From positions 32,001 to 96,000 of the forward strand of contig JBHLMN010000022.1 of NCBI GenBank assembly GCA_048938105.1: 64,000 nt of DNA, given 5' to 3'. Origin of the DNA: Promethearchaeota archaeon (GTDB lineage Archaea > Asgardarchaeota > Heimdallarchaeia > Hodarchaeales > Hodarchaeaceae). Numbering within the stretch: the first letter of the stretch is position 1; every line of letters starts with the position of its first letter. Position numbers and translations under genes: made by a program. Below, piece after piece: positions 1 through 9,979 of this stretch. The notes below the pieces were generated by a model. It ran no database searches. It saw only the letters and a list, made by a program, of their open reading frames with translations, and was not told the DNA's origin.

Positions 1-63
1 ACTCACTCCTCCTTGGTATTGTATAGGTGCTTATGACAATTCGATATAGTTCAAATCATCAAA
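1..63 (+). repeat. Array boundary site, copy 1 (left end cut by window; about 8 bp deleted in core)
   Basis: actcactcctccttggtattgtataggtgcttat matches the site consensus; right flank gacaattcgatatagttcaaatcatcaaa matches the right flank of the copy ending at 4527 (gaaaattcgagagagttcaaatcatcaaa). Confidence 0.8.
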
Positions 64-197
64 GCTTGTTACGCATTAAACGCCAATGAAGAAACAGTAC
101 CAATGTATCAACAAAGATCAAAGCTTTACTTATAGGAGGAGATTCTCAAAAAATTCATTCTTGATAGCTGAAATATGGTTCTTAAATCTAAGATTTT

Positions 198-1412
198 TTA
201 ATAAACCAACGAATCATGGGAGTAAGCAAAGCACACAGGATCTAAGTCTTGAGTAAACAGAAACAATTGCGTAACTCGACCCTCATATCCTGAAAGAGGC
301 CCATATCTTAGAGAATATTGAAACTTTCCTCTAAAAATCCAATAGAATGGAGCCGAGAAATAGTAAAAAGGGGTCTCATTCAATTTACCAACATAAAAGG
401 GTTTTGCTGGCTCCACAGAACCAAGTGAATAGAGTGATCCATTTTGCCACCAACCAAGGTAGTAAAAATCAACAAAGGATTTTTGTATAGTTGTATAAAG
501 AAAAGAAAAAGTTGAGATATTGATAGTAGATAAGGAATTATTAGTCTGAACAACTGAGACTCTCCACTCAAGAGTGACAGACCCCTGTTTTTGATCGTTT
601 GCGTGGGAGAGAAAATAGTTCAATGTGTCATTATTCATATAATTAGTGAGATTATCTCTAGCTTTCAGTGAATCATTACCAATAAAGTCCACGATTGAGC
701 TATTCTCGATATGTTTCAATACGAAAGATGCTTGTGAGTTGGAAGCTTCCCGAGTAATGGAAATTCGCCTATTAACTATATACTCATTCTTCAATAGATA
801 AGGTAAAACAAACCATCCAAACAATACTAGAATAACAAAAACAAAGCTCACCATTCGTATATCCTTCACACGTCTTTTAAACCGTTGAATATCAGATTGT
901 GACATCTTTTGTAGTATTTGACCAAGTCGAACACTTGTCATCAAAGCGATCAAGGGTTCTAGACAGAAAACTAAAACATCAAGAAAGACTACATTAATTT
1001 GGACTATATTTAAAAGGAGAATTGGGAAAGAGAAGACTATTCTAGGAAGAATTAACAGCCCGATGAGGAGAAATAACCACCAACACGTCACACCAACAAA
1101 AAGGTTTGCGATTAACCTATATAGGCTATTTTCTTGGATTGTTATATCCGAGAGAAGAATAGGAGGAAATAACGTGAAAAGAATAGCCCAAATTACCCCA
1201 GAAATAAAAAACCAGAGAAATAAACGTAAAGCTTGAATTTCTAAAGTCACTTTGACCTCTGAACCAAACGATCTCCACTTCTTACTCCACCCAATAGCAA
1301 TCAGTAAACAAAACAACAGAAGGAGAAATACTACAACTAATGGCTTGGGAATGGCCCATTCGAAATTTCCTCCAATAGTAGAAGTTATTGTGTACACACG
1401 AAGCATTTTCAT
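198..1412 (-). CDS. Hypothetical multi-pass membrane protein with C-terminal soluble domain
   Basis: 404-aa ORF; about 5 hydrophobic segments in the N-terminal half. Confidence 0.75.
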   Translation of the reverse strand: MKMLRVYTITSTIGGNFEWAIPKPLVVVFLLLLFCLLIAIGWSKKWRSFGSEVKVTLEIQALRLFLWFFISGVIWAILFTLFPPILLSDITIQENSLYRLIANLFVGVTCWWLFLLIGLLILPRIVFSFPILLLNIVQINVVFLDVLVFCLEPLIALMTSVRLGQILQKMSQSDIQRFKRRVKDIRMVSFVFVILVLFGWFVLPYLLKNEYIVNRRISITREASNSQASFVLKHIENSSIVDFIGNDSLKARDNLTNYMNNDTLNYFLSHANDQKQGSVTLEWRVSVVQTNNSLSTINISTFSFLYTTIQKSFVDFYYLGWWQNGSLYSLGSVEPAKPFYVGKLNETPFYYFSAPFYWIFRGKFQYSLRYGPLSGYEGRVTQLFLFTQDLDPVCFAYSHDSLVY

Positions 1413-1434
1413 TCCATAACTACTGGTATCGTGG

Positions 1435-1460
1435 TATTACTCATGAATTTCAATAGAATT
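1435..1460 (+). repeat. Array boundary site, copy 2 (right half only)
   Basis: tattactcatgaatttcaatagaatt resembles ttactcatgaatatttcaattgaaatt (copy ending 25880); sits exactly between two genes. Confidence 0.6.
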
Positions 1461-2063
1461 TTATACAACTATAATTTCAAATGGAAGCTGAATTGGTGAC
1501 ACATCATCAGAACTGAACGTAAGACATATTCCCGTGGGTAGCGAATCAAGCAAAAAATGATACTTATCAGGGGGAAGAACAGGGATCCAATGATTGACTT
1601 CAAAAGTGGAATTAGTTGGCATTTCCCTCGTGGTTCCTAAATGGATAATATGGATCCCACCAAGCTCATCTCCTTTGTGAAACTCATATACTGGATAACA
1701 GATTTCAGGCCGCTCTCTAAATGGATGCCAAACAACAATATCAGAACTATTACAGATTGCTACCCACCTGAACCACCCAGGATTATAATTAGTGACATTG
1801 TGGTCAGTTAAACAGGTTAGTTGAACAGTTAATGTCATATTTATCCCTATTGTATAAATTGTACGATCGAGAGACGCAGTAAAATTCCATCGTTCAAGAA
1901 AGCCAAGCTCAGAGGGATCTGGAGATGAATTGTTTGAATTAACAATTTCAGTATTATTGGTATTATCATTAGGGTTCATTAGAGTAATAACAATGTATGC
2001 GAAGATAATTGAACAAGTCATAACACCTAAAACTGTAAAAATAAAGACCTTTTTGGATAACAT
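1461..2063 (-). CDS. Hypothetical N-terminally anchored/secreted protein
   Basis: 200-aa ORF; N-terminal TM helix, Asn/Ser-rich linker, beta-rich domain. Confidence 0.75.
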   Translation of the reverse strand: MLSKKVFIFTVLGVMTCSIIFAYIVITLMNPNDNTNNTEIVNSNNSSPDPSELGFLERWNFTASLDRTIYTIGINMTLTVQLTCLTDHNVTNYNPGWFRWVAICNSSDIVVWHPFRERPEICYPVYEFHKGDELGGIHIIHLGTTREMPTNSTFEVNHWIPVLPPDKYHFLLDSLPTGICLTFSSDDVSPIQLPFEIIVV

Positions 2064-2096
2064 TGAGTTATATCAACTCTTCTACTTGTTTAGATG

Positions 2097-2652
2097 TAGA
2101 GTCACCATAATAGTATTCCCAACCTTTCTTGACATAGGGGTTCAGGATTAAGAGGAATAAAATCTTCTTAAAGCTTACTAATGGTCTTAATACAATACCT
2201 TATAAAAAATCGAAATAAAGGTTTCAGACTCTTTCGGAGGATAAGCAATTATCATGATTAGATGATGATTTCAAGTTCTCATTTTCTTGAACTACTAGCA
2301 TGTTTGGTAACCTTGCTTGGTTCCAAGGGGGATCCCAATTTTAGACTAATGAATTCAATCGTCCCAGAAGTTTTTGGCGTCGTTGATTGTATTCTGATTC
2401 AAAGTAACTATCAGTAATTGCAAATGATTCTAGAGAAAAATCGAGATGAAGATCCAGTGCTCCTAATTATTTCTCGGAAAACCTCTTGAAAAACTAGATA
2501 ATATTCTTAAAAACATTTTTTAAAGTGAGAGTCATTTCAGTTTCATGGAGGTTGTCAATATTGAGCAATAACTCAATAAAAGCATTATTTTTTGAAGGAG
2601 AGTTCAATAAAGCGTTAAATTTAATAGACCAATTGCCAGTCAAAGACAAATT
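2097..2652 (+). repeat. ~555-bp direct repeat copy A (partner 7199-7753)
   Basis: Colinear, highly similar sequence; contains the truncated 5' end of the NosD gene, the divergent intergenic region and the first ~30 codons of the TPR gene. Confidence 0.95.
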
Positions 2653-4354
2653 GAAGGGATCTGTCTATAAAAGCGGGATTCTCCTAGCTAAAGGTCAGTA
2701 CCAAGAGTATTTCAATCTGATTGATGAGATTATTGAAAAAGGAAATGAACAAGGAGATCGATTTGCTATTCTAGGAGCTCATTTTTTCAAGTATTTGGCT
2801 TACGATTTTCTCGTGATTTCAAGATGGCTGGGAATAGATATATTTGCCTCATCAGGATTTTTAGAAGAAATATCAAATTTAATTCAGTCATTTGAGCATT
2901 TTAGTGATGAACAAACGCAAGAATGGGTTTCATTACTTTATTGTCACCAATCTTGGATGGAATTACTATATTCTGATTTCAATCATAGTTTAAAATCTGT
3001 TAATAAAGCATTAACCATTGGAAAAAGGATCAAGTCAGCGATTGCAAGATGTATTGCATTAATACAATTGGGGGAACATTATTTCAGGACAGGGGACCTC
3101 TCTTCAGGATTTGAATATACACAACAAGCATTAACCTTGGCTAGCAAGGAAAATCTGAGATTGTTAACCTGTGCATTATATAGAAAACTTGGGAAAGAAT
3201 CAATTCGAAGAAGGGATCTGGTAAAGGCTTCAGAATATCTAAGTGAAGGAATGACTTTAAGCAATGAAATAGCTTATGAAAATATGGTGGAAAGTATCAC
3301 AAAAAGTTTTATATTTTTACATTTGATAAAAGGAGATTATGATAGTGCATTAGAATTTTTAAGGAAAAATTACCAGATAATAAGGGAGAAACATTGGGAT
3401 TGGGAACTAAGGATTATTTACAATCTATTTGGGGAAATTTATAGGTTGAAAGGCGATCTAAAAAACTCTCTAGACAATTATCAAAAAAGCTTGGTAATAG
3501 CGACTAAATTAGAGGATGCATATGGCCAAGCAAGTGCATATAGGCACATTGGAAAAGTCTATTATGATCAAGGAGCATTTCAAGAAGCTTTGGAGATGTT
3601 CCAAAAAGCCCTTCAGAGTTTCAGCCAATTAAAGGGCCCTAAACAATGGGGCTTCCTTAATCAAGCTAGTTGTGTATATGGATTAATCTTAGTAAATGTT
3701 GAATTAAATGACCTTGAACAAGCTAAAATGTATTTGAATAAACTAGAGGAAATTAATAAACTACCAATTAGTAAATTTTCAATTAGACCTAATATTAACC
3801 TGATCTACCAATTTTCAAAAGCTTTAATGCTAAAAGCAAGTAAAAGAATGAGAGATAAAGTAAAAGCCTTGGAAATATTTGAGGCAATGTCAAAAAAAGA
3901 ATCTATCGATCTAGATGACCTTGGTTTTGCATTATTCAATATATGTGACCTTTTACTTTATGAATATAGAACTTCTGGAGAAACAGAGATCTTTCAAGAG
4001 ATTAAAGAAATAACAGAGAGATTATATAATCTGGGAAAAGAAAAGGTCATTCCTCCATTAACAATTAGAAGCATGATAATACAAAGTAAACTTAGTTTAA
4101 TAGAGGGTCAATTAGAAGATGTTGAAAAGATATTAGAAAAAGCTAAAGAGATAGCAATAGAGTTTAATCTTGAGTATTTGCTTAATCTTGTTGAAAAAGA
4201 GCAAAACAATGTTAAAAGTGAATTAGAAAAATGGAAATCATTACTCAAACGAAATGCACCAGTCAATGAACGACTAGAAAAAGCAGACCTAGAAAATTAC
4301 GTCAAGAGTGCGTTACGAGTCGTGAGTACCTTTCATGAAGATATTCAAGGATGA
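2561..4354 (+). CDS. Tetratricopeptide-repeat (TPR) protein, Asgard-type
   Basis: TPR helices (e.g. YNLFGEIYRLKGDLKNSLDNYQKSL, YRHIGKVYYDQGAFQEALEMFQKAL); TTG start chosen from GGAGGT just upstream (ORF track starts 2525). Confidence 0.9.
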   Translation: MSNNSIKALFFEGEFNKALNLIDQLPVKDKLKGSVYKSGILLAKGQYQEYFNLIDEIIEKGNEQGDRFAILGAHFFKYLAYDFLVISRWLGIDIFASSGFLEEISNLIQSFEHFSDEQTQEWVSLLYCHQSWMELLYSDFNHSLKSVNKALTIGKRIKSAIARCIALIQLGEHYFRTGDLSSGFEYTQQALTLASKENLRLLTCALYRKLGKESIRRRDLVKASEYLSEGMTLSNEIAYENMVESITKSFIFLHLIKGDYDSALEFLRKNYQIIREKHWDWELRIIYNLFGEIYRLKGDLKNSLDNYQKSLVIATKLEDAYGQASAYRHIGKVYYDQGAFQEALEMFQKALQSFSQLKGPKQWGFLNQASCVYGLILVNVELNDLEQAKMYLNKLEEINKLPISKFSIRPNINLIYQFSKALMLKASKRMRDKVKALEIFEAMSKKESIDLDDLGFALFNICDLLLYEYRTSGETEIFQEIKEITERLYNLGKEKVIPPLTIRSMIIQSKLSLIEGQLEDVEKILEKAKEIAIEFNLEYLLNLVEKEQNNVKSELEKWKSLLKRNAPVNERLEKADLENYVKSALRVVSTFHEDIQG

Positions 4355-4368
4355 ATCATTGTTTAATC

Positions 4369-4527
4369 AAGACATTAATACTGGAACGATCAACAATGAG
4401 ATGAATGTGTGCGATGTGGAAAGAGGGGGTTGTTTTACCCATGTGAGGGGTGTCTCCAAAGGAAAAATCGAGTTGATGAAATCATTCCTCCTAGATATTC
4501 CTCAGATGCTTATTGACTCATGAAAAT
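4369..4527 (+). repeat. ATPase 5' remnant plus boundary site, copy 3
   Basis: Aligns to ~51362-51519; ends gcttattgactcatgaaaat. Confidence 0.9.
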
Positions 4528-4558
4528 TCGAGAGAGTTCAAATCATCAAAAATTAATT

Positions 4559-7237
4559 TTAATTAGTTATGAGACGCCGACGGATAATCATCATTAATAC
4601 AGCAACGAAAGACAAAATAATTCCTGCATTAGAAATCTGAAAGAAAGGTACTGTATTAGATGTATCAGTTTGGGTAGAGGAGGTGGTTAAGCTAATTTTC
4701 AAACTAGTGGTGGATGGTATTTCCGGAACAATTAATCTAATGGGAGAGACTAAAGGATATTGATCCTGATTGTTTATTGGGCCAGAAATTATATACGGAA
4801 GGTCTACTATCCCATCCTGATTTGTATCTGGTTCCACCCAATCAGCCCAATAATTATGACTAAAGATGTTATTAAGTCCTGCATCATATGCTTGCGTAGA
4901 ATCATTAAGATTATTTTGCCAGAAGTCATTGTACCTAATCTGTGTATTCATAACATTGACTTCTAAATATAATCCGTAATACCCGTTATTAGTAAAGAGA
5001 TTCTGATTGATAATTGTACCATTTGTCGCTTGCAAATGAATTCCATATTGAGCGTTCGCTGAAACGTTATTCATTCTAATAATGGTTGATTCAGTTGAAT
5101 CAAGGAAGATCCCAGAACTGTGAGTATTAGTAATATTGTTTCCTGAAATAATGCATGTTTTTGACGATTTCAGAGTAATAGCGCTAAAATACACCTGTGA
5201 AACAGAGTTATTAATGGTATGAATATTATAAGACGAATCAATAGTAATTCCATAAGCATGAGTTTGAAAAATACTGTTCTTAAAAGTAATATTTGCACAC
5301 CGAATAAGCTTCATTCCATTAAACGACTTACAGATCATAGTATTCGTGATTATTGCGTTTGACACATTATCAAAATATAATGTAAATGTTTCAGGCTGAG
5401 GTAGAAGCCCGCTTGGATCAGGATAAACTATCAGATAGCAGTTGTTCATGAGAAAGTGAAGATCGGTATTTTTAATTGTGAATAGATCTTTGGATGGATG
5501 AGTAATATTCAGATTGTCAATAAGATAGGGATTCTGTACAGTTCCATCCCCTTGCCATCCCTTATTTTGTGCGGTAGCGATAAAATCTTTATTTCCATTA
5601 ATAAAAATAGGTGGATGAGCCCTAGGAAGATAGATCAAATTTTTGACTATAAACTCAGTAGTAAGTCCTTCTGGACACATAGCGACTATTTTTAACTGAT
5701 AATCCGTGCTTTCAGGCAAATCTGGATTGTTCCACACAATACTGGTATTATTGAGGCCCTCTGCGAAATTGGTCCACGTGCTGCCAGAGTCAGGAGAGAA
5801 CGAAACCAAGTAGGACAAATTATTGTGCCAGTAGTCAATGCTTGGTCTCCAGGATACTGTAATTGGTGTGGTCCCATAAAGCGTTGTTCCATGCTTAGGA
5901 GATAGTGAAACAGGTTTTGAGATATAATGAATAAGAACAGGGTTATTCGGTGTGGTTTGTGGATAATAATCTTTTGTACCTGGGTTGCCATATAATGAAT
6001 TTCCAATGTTTTTGGGTATATCTACAATACCATCAGAGTTATTATCAGGACTGATTCGGTTATTCCAATAGTTATAGGCGTAGTAGCTATTATTACGGCC
6101 GTCCTCGCCAGCTTGAGGATACGAATACTTATATCCATTGTCAATGAAATCATTGAACATAATTGTATTTAAATTTGAACCAGAGTAATAAACAGAGATC
6201 CCTTTCCACTTATTATTGATAATAGAATTATTTAGAAAAATATTGTTTCCTGCATGGCATTGTATACCTGTGTCACTACCATCATGAATAGTATTGTTAA
6301 CGATGTAGTTAGAACCAGAATTTATCAGAGAAATCCCAAATCCATTTCGGGACAAGATGTTACCTGATAGAGTGCAATTCTTGGAGCAGAATAAGCAAAT
6401 ACCTATCCTACCATCAGAAAGAACATTTTTTTGTATATTCACGTGAGAACTAAAGGCTACTAATATATTAACGCATTCACTTGAGATATTTTGTCTAATA
6501 ATTGTTATGGTTGAACAATTTACAATGATCACTTGCCCAGCATTAGCAGGTACTGTCCCACCTGCTTGATTCTGCCAATATACTAAGGGTCTTCCATTTA
6601 CTGTATTGTTAGCAACTAATGTTTGAACGTACGTCTTTAAAGAGTCGGCATGAATATAAAGACCCTTATCCATCCTATTTGCTATCAAGCTGTTATTACT
6701 AGAATCCCTTGTAAACCAAATACTTCTTAACCTATTATGAAAAAATGAGTTGTTTACTAAGAAGTTCTCTCGGGAACGAGATAAATGGATACCATCCCAA
6801 TCGTTATAAGATAAGATATTATTAGCCAGATATCCATAATATACATTATCTAAAGCAATCCCTTGTCGTCCTCTGGTCAAAAGACAATTACTTATATTAA
6901 AATAGACTCTAGTATTTTCTATTGAGATTAATTGTTTATTAATGGGCCCAGTTATATTCAGGCCTGAAATGATGTATGGATTAGTTCTTGTCCCAATCCC
7001 AGGCCACCTCTCTGCAGCTGCCTGAGTGGCAAAATCAGCATCCCCATCAATAGAAATAGGATTGTGGGAAACATAATACTGTGTGATTCTTCCTTGAATA
7101 ATTAAAGAGTTTCGTATGAAAGAGGTGGAACTCTTATCACTAGAAGGGATTGAGATGTTTTCAACGATAAATACTTGGCAAGTGAAACATAATAACAGTA
7201 GAGTTATAATAACAGAATTCCCAACCTTTCTTGACAT
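4559..7237 (-). CDS. Secreted NosD/CASH parallel beta-helix surface protein with Ig-like module and C-terminal TM anchor
   Basis: Signal peptide; HNPISIDGD..WPGIGT..NPYII module; N-x-I-x-x-N repeats; NYW..PD.N.DGIVD motif twice; Thr/Ser linker, TM helix and RRR tail. Confidence 0.9.
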   Translation of the reverse strand: MSRKVGNSVIITLLLLCFTCQVFIVENISIPSSDKSSTSFIRNSLIIQGRITQYYVSHNPISIDGDADFATQAAAERWPGIGTRTNPYIISGLNITGPINKQLISIENTRVYFNISNCLLTRGRQGIALDNVYYGYLANNILSYNDWDGIHLSRSRENFLVNNSFFHNRLRSIWFTRDSSNNSLIANRMDKGLYIHADSLKTYVQTLVANNTVNGRPLVYWQNQAGGTVPANAGQVIIVNCSTITIIRQNISSECVNILVAFSSHVNIQKNVLSDGRIGICLFCSKNCTLSGNILSRNGFGISLINSGSNYIVNNTIHDGSDTGIQCHAGNNIFLNNSIINNKWKGISVYYSGSNLNTIMFNDFIDNGYKYSYPQAGEDGRNNSYYAYNYWNNRISPDNNSDGIVDIPKNIGNSLYGNPGTKDYYPQTTPNNPVLIHYISKPVSLSPKHGTTLYGTTPITVSWRPSIDYWHNNLSYLVSFSPDSGSTWTNFAEGLNNTSIVWNNPDLPESTDYQLKIVAMCPEGLTTEFIVKNLIYLPRAHPPIFINGNKDFIATAQNKGWQGDGTVQNPYLIDNLNITHPSKDLFTIKNTDLHFLMNNCYLIVYPDPSGLLPQPETFTLYFDNVSNAIITNTMICKSFNGMKLIRCANITFKNSIFQTHAYGITIDSSYNIHTINNSVSQVYFSAITLKSSKTCIISGNNITNTHSSGIFLDSTESTIIRMNNVSANAQYGIHLQATNGTIINQNLFTNNGYYGLYLEVNVMNTQIRYNDFWQNNLNDSTQAYDAGLNNIFSHNYWADWVEPDTNQDGIVDLPYIISGPINNQDQYPLVSPIRLIVPEIPSTTSLKISLTTSSTQTDTSNTVPFFQISNAGIILSFVAVLMMIIRRRLITN

Positions 7238-7753
7238 AGGGGTTCAGGATTACGAGGAATAAAATCTTCTTAAAGCTTACTAATGGTCTTAATACAATAC
7301 CTTATAAAAAATCGAAATAAAGGTTTCAGACTCTTTCGGAGGATAAGCAATTATCATGATTAGATGATTTTTTCAAATTCTCATTCTCTTGAACTACTAG
7401 CACGTTTGGTAACCTTATTTGATTCCATGGGGACTCCCAATTTTGGATTAATGAATTCAATCGTCCCTGAAGTTTTTGGCGTCGTTGATTGTATTCTGAT
7501 TCAAAGTAACTCTCAGTAATTGCAAATGATTTTAGAGAAAAATCGAGATGAAGAGCCACAGCTCCTAGTTATTTCTCGGAAGACTTCTTGAAAAACTAGA
7601 TAATATTCTTAACACATTTTTTAAAACGAGAGTCATTTCAGTTTCATGGAGGTTGTCAATATTAAGCATTAACTCAATAAAAGCATTATTTTTCGAAGGA
7701 GATTTCAATAAAGCGTTTGATTCAATAGACCAATTGCCAGTCAAAGACAAATT
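7199..7753 (+). repeat. ~555-bp direct repeat copy B; includes truncated TPR 5' end
   Basis: Partner of 2097-2652; TPR start TTG is TTA here and homology stops at ...gtcaaagacaaatt. Confidence 0.95.
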
Positions 7754-7791
7754 ACAACCCCATGATCAATATAAGGTCTCATGTTGTCAAA

Positions 7792-8990
7792 TTATTTATT
7801 CTTTCTTCTAATTAACAAAAATAAACTAAAGAAAATAGCTATCATAAATGAAAATCCTGGAGTATCATCTGTAGTGTGAATTGTTGTCGTATCTGTTGAA
7901 TCATCTATTGTGTAACCAGTTGTTATAGAATTTACTAATGGAAAATGATCTATTCCACTTCCATTCCCACTAATCTCATAAGGAATGTTCCAAATGGTTC
8001 CATCATTGGCTGCACTTGGGTAGTTACTGATATAATCATCACCCCAATAATTCCCTGTGGTGCCATTATCCCAATGATTATCTATGCAATCATCTTTTTC
8101 AAAGGCTTGACCATTCGTATTTCCATAAATATCGTTAAAATAAATCGTATTTTTGTTACTCGAATGCTCTAAATAGATTCCATACTTATTATAACTTGCA
8201 GTATTACCAGAAAGAGTGTTATTGCTCGAAGAAGACAGCCAGATTCCAAAGTCATTCTTATTTACAGTATTCTTGATAAGTGTGTTGTAGTTGTTCGAAG
8301 AAGACAGCTGGATTCCATACTCATTGTAATTTGCAGTATTCCTGGAAAGTGTGTTGTTGTTGCTCGAATAATACAGGTAGATTCCACGACTATTGTTATT
8401 TGCCGTGTTCCTGGAAAGTGTGTTGTTGCTCGAAAGCCCCAAAAAGATTCCAAGACTATTGTTATATGCCGTATTCTTTGAAAGCGTGTTGTTACTCGAA
8501 GTAGATAGATAGATTCCATAAATAGAGTTATTACTTACATTATTCCCTGAAAGCGTGTTTTTGCTCGAAAGCCCCAACCAGATTCCAAGATTATTGTTAT
8601 TTGCAGTATTATTGCTGACATTTACATTTGTGGCATTAAATAAGTGAATTCCATCCATACCTTCAACTTTGCAATTCTGGATGATAAGATAGGCATCTGT
8701 GGATCGAATCTCAATCCCATGCGCAGTACTGGCCTCAATAAAAAGATTTTCAATAATATAAGGGGAAGATTTGGTACCATCCCCACTTAGTCCTTCATCC
8801 TCGATAAAGGTTGCCAATGCGTCATTCCCATCAATGAAAATCGGAGCATGTTTGACCGCAGAATTTAAATTCTCTTCAATGCTAGAATTAATTTCATGAA
8901 TTCTGATACGGTCAGAAGGCCAACTATTCAATCCCAATAACAGAACTGTTAGAATGGTTATAAATAAGAATTTAATTTTTTTAATTTCAA
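7792..8990 (-). CDS. NosD beta-helix surface protein with PGF-type C-terminal anchor; signal peptide apparently frameshifted in an A7 tract
   Basis: ORF 7792-8937 is a close paralog of 35886-37145; KFLFITILTVLLLGL is in frame upstream but the TTG at 8990 is out of frame by one base; C-terminus TPGFSFMIAIFFSLFLLIRRKNK. Confidence 0.8.
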
Positions 8991-9979
8991 TTCCTCTTCA
9001 TTAATCAGTACAATCTAATAGGTTACTCACGGTGCCTCTTGATTGTGTCCCCCTAACAGTTATTTATTTAGGATGGTTATCTGTGGTTGGATGAGGAGGA
9101 TTAAGGATTTTAAGTTATTTTCCTTCGTTTGGTGTTTTTATATAGAATATCCAAACAAGAAGCTTTAACAAGTTAGATCATTCCTCTTTCCCATATTTAT
9201 AGTTTTTCAATATAGGATTTATTAGCCAAGATGGAATAGAATGGATGAAAACCAAATACGGATAAAATTAGAAAAAATAATATAAAAATATTATCAAAGC
9301 AAAATCAGGAAGCTAAAACCATCACGGAGAAGAATGTACTATGTTTTATAAGGGTGAGCATTTAATCATGAAATTCTTAACATATTGAAAGAGTCACTAA
9401 TAAAAGAGGAAGACCTAAGAAATAAAAAAAATTTCAAAGAAGAAAGACAGAAGAGATTATTCAATACTTTTTAGGTCAAACTTAAAACATTAACCAAATA
9501 CAAATCTTAGATAGGAAAATACAAAATGAAGAATATCTCTGAAAGCTCGCCTTTAGAGAGAGATAAACTTAGAGAAAGATATGCTCAACTTCTAAGAATA
9601 GCTTGCATGATATTGTTGGCGCAGAACTCTTTTTTTTCCCCACTAAAAAGTATGACGAAAATCATGTTATTCAGGTGGGTTTCAAAGGTACACAACCCTT
9701 AGAAGAATTTCCATAAGGAGTCAAACAGAATTACAGAAAATAAGTTAGAAATAGTGGAGATCTTATTAGAAAATTTGACCTAGATCTTGTTGTTTCACTT
9801 TGAAAAATACATAATATTATAAGTTGCTTTGTACATATTAAATAGGATGTTTTTGTATTAATTATTTTTTGTTTAAAATGAAAATCTTCAAGAATTAAGT
9901 TGTGAAATGACGAGTAAATAGATTTTTGGATAACCTAAGTATTTTAGGGAAAGTTAAACAACATTAGGAGAGAAATATT

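Noticed and set aside
4335-4523. Short ORFs over repeats (4335-4523, 47652-47861, 47674-47907, 51233-51469, 57416-57673, 21836-22057, 25575-25814, 37235-37447)
   Set aside because: Antisense or off-frame readings of ATPase, GTPase, LRR or other remnants
7326-7750. ORFs 7326-7559 and 7565-7750 as genes
   Set aside because: They lie in the duplicated intergenic/TPR-start region; the equivalent of 7326-7559 has a stop in copy A and 7565-7750 is largely antisense to the TPR start; an older pseudogene cannot be excluded
9355-9378. gagcatttaatcatgaaattc as another site copy
   Set aside because: Too degenerate in AT-rich DNA and lacks either characteristic flank
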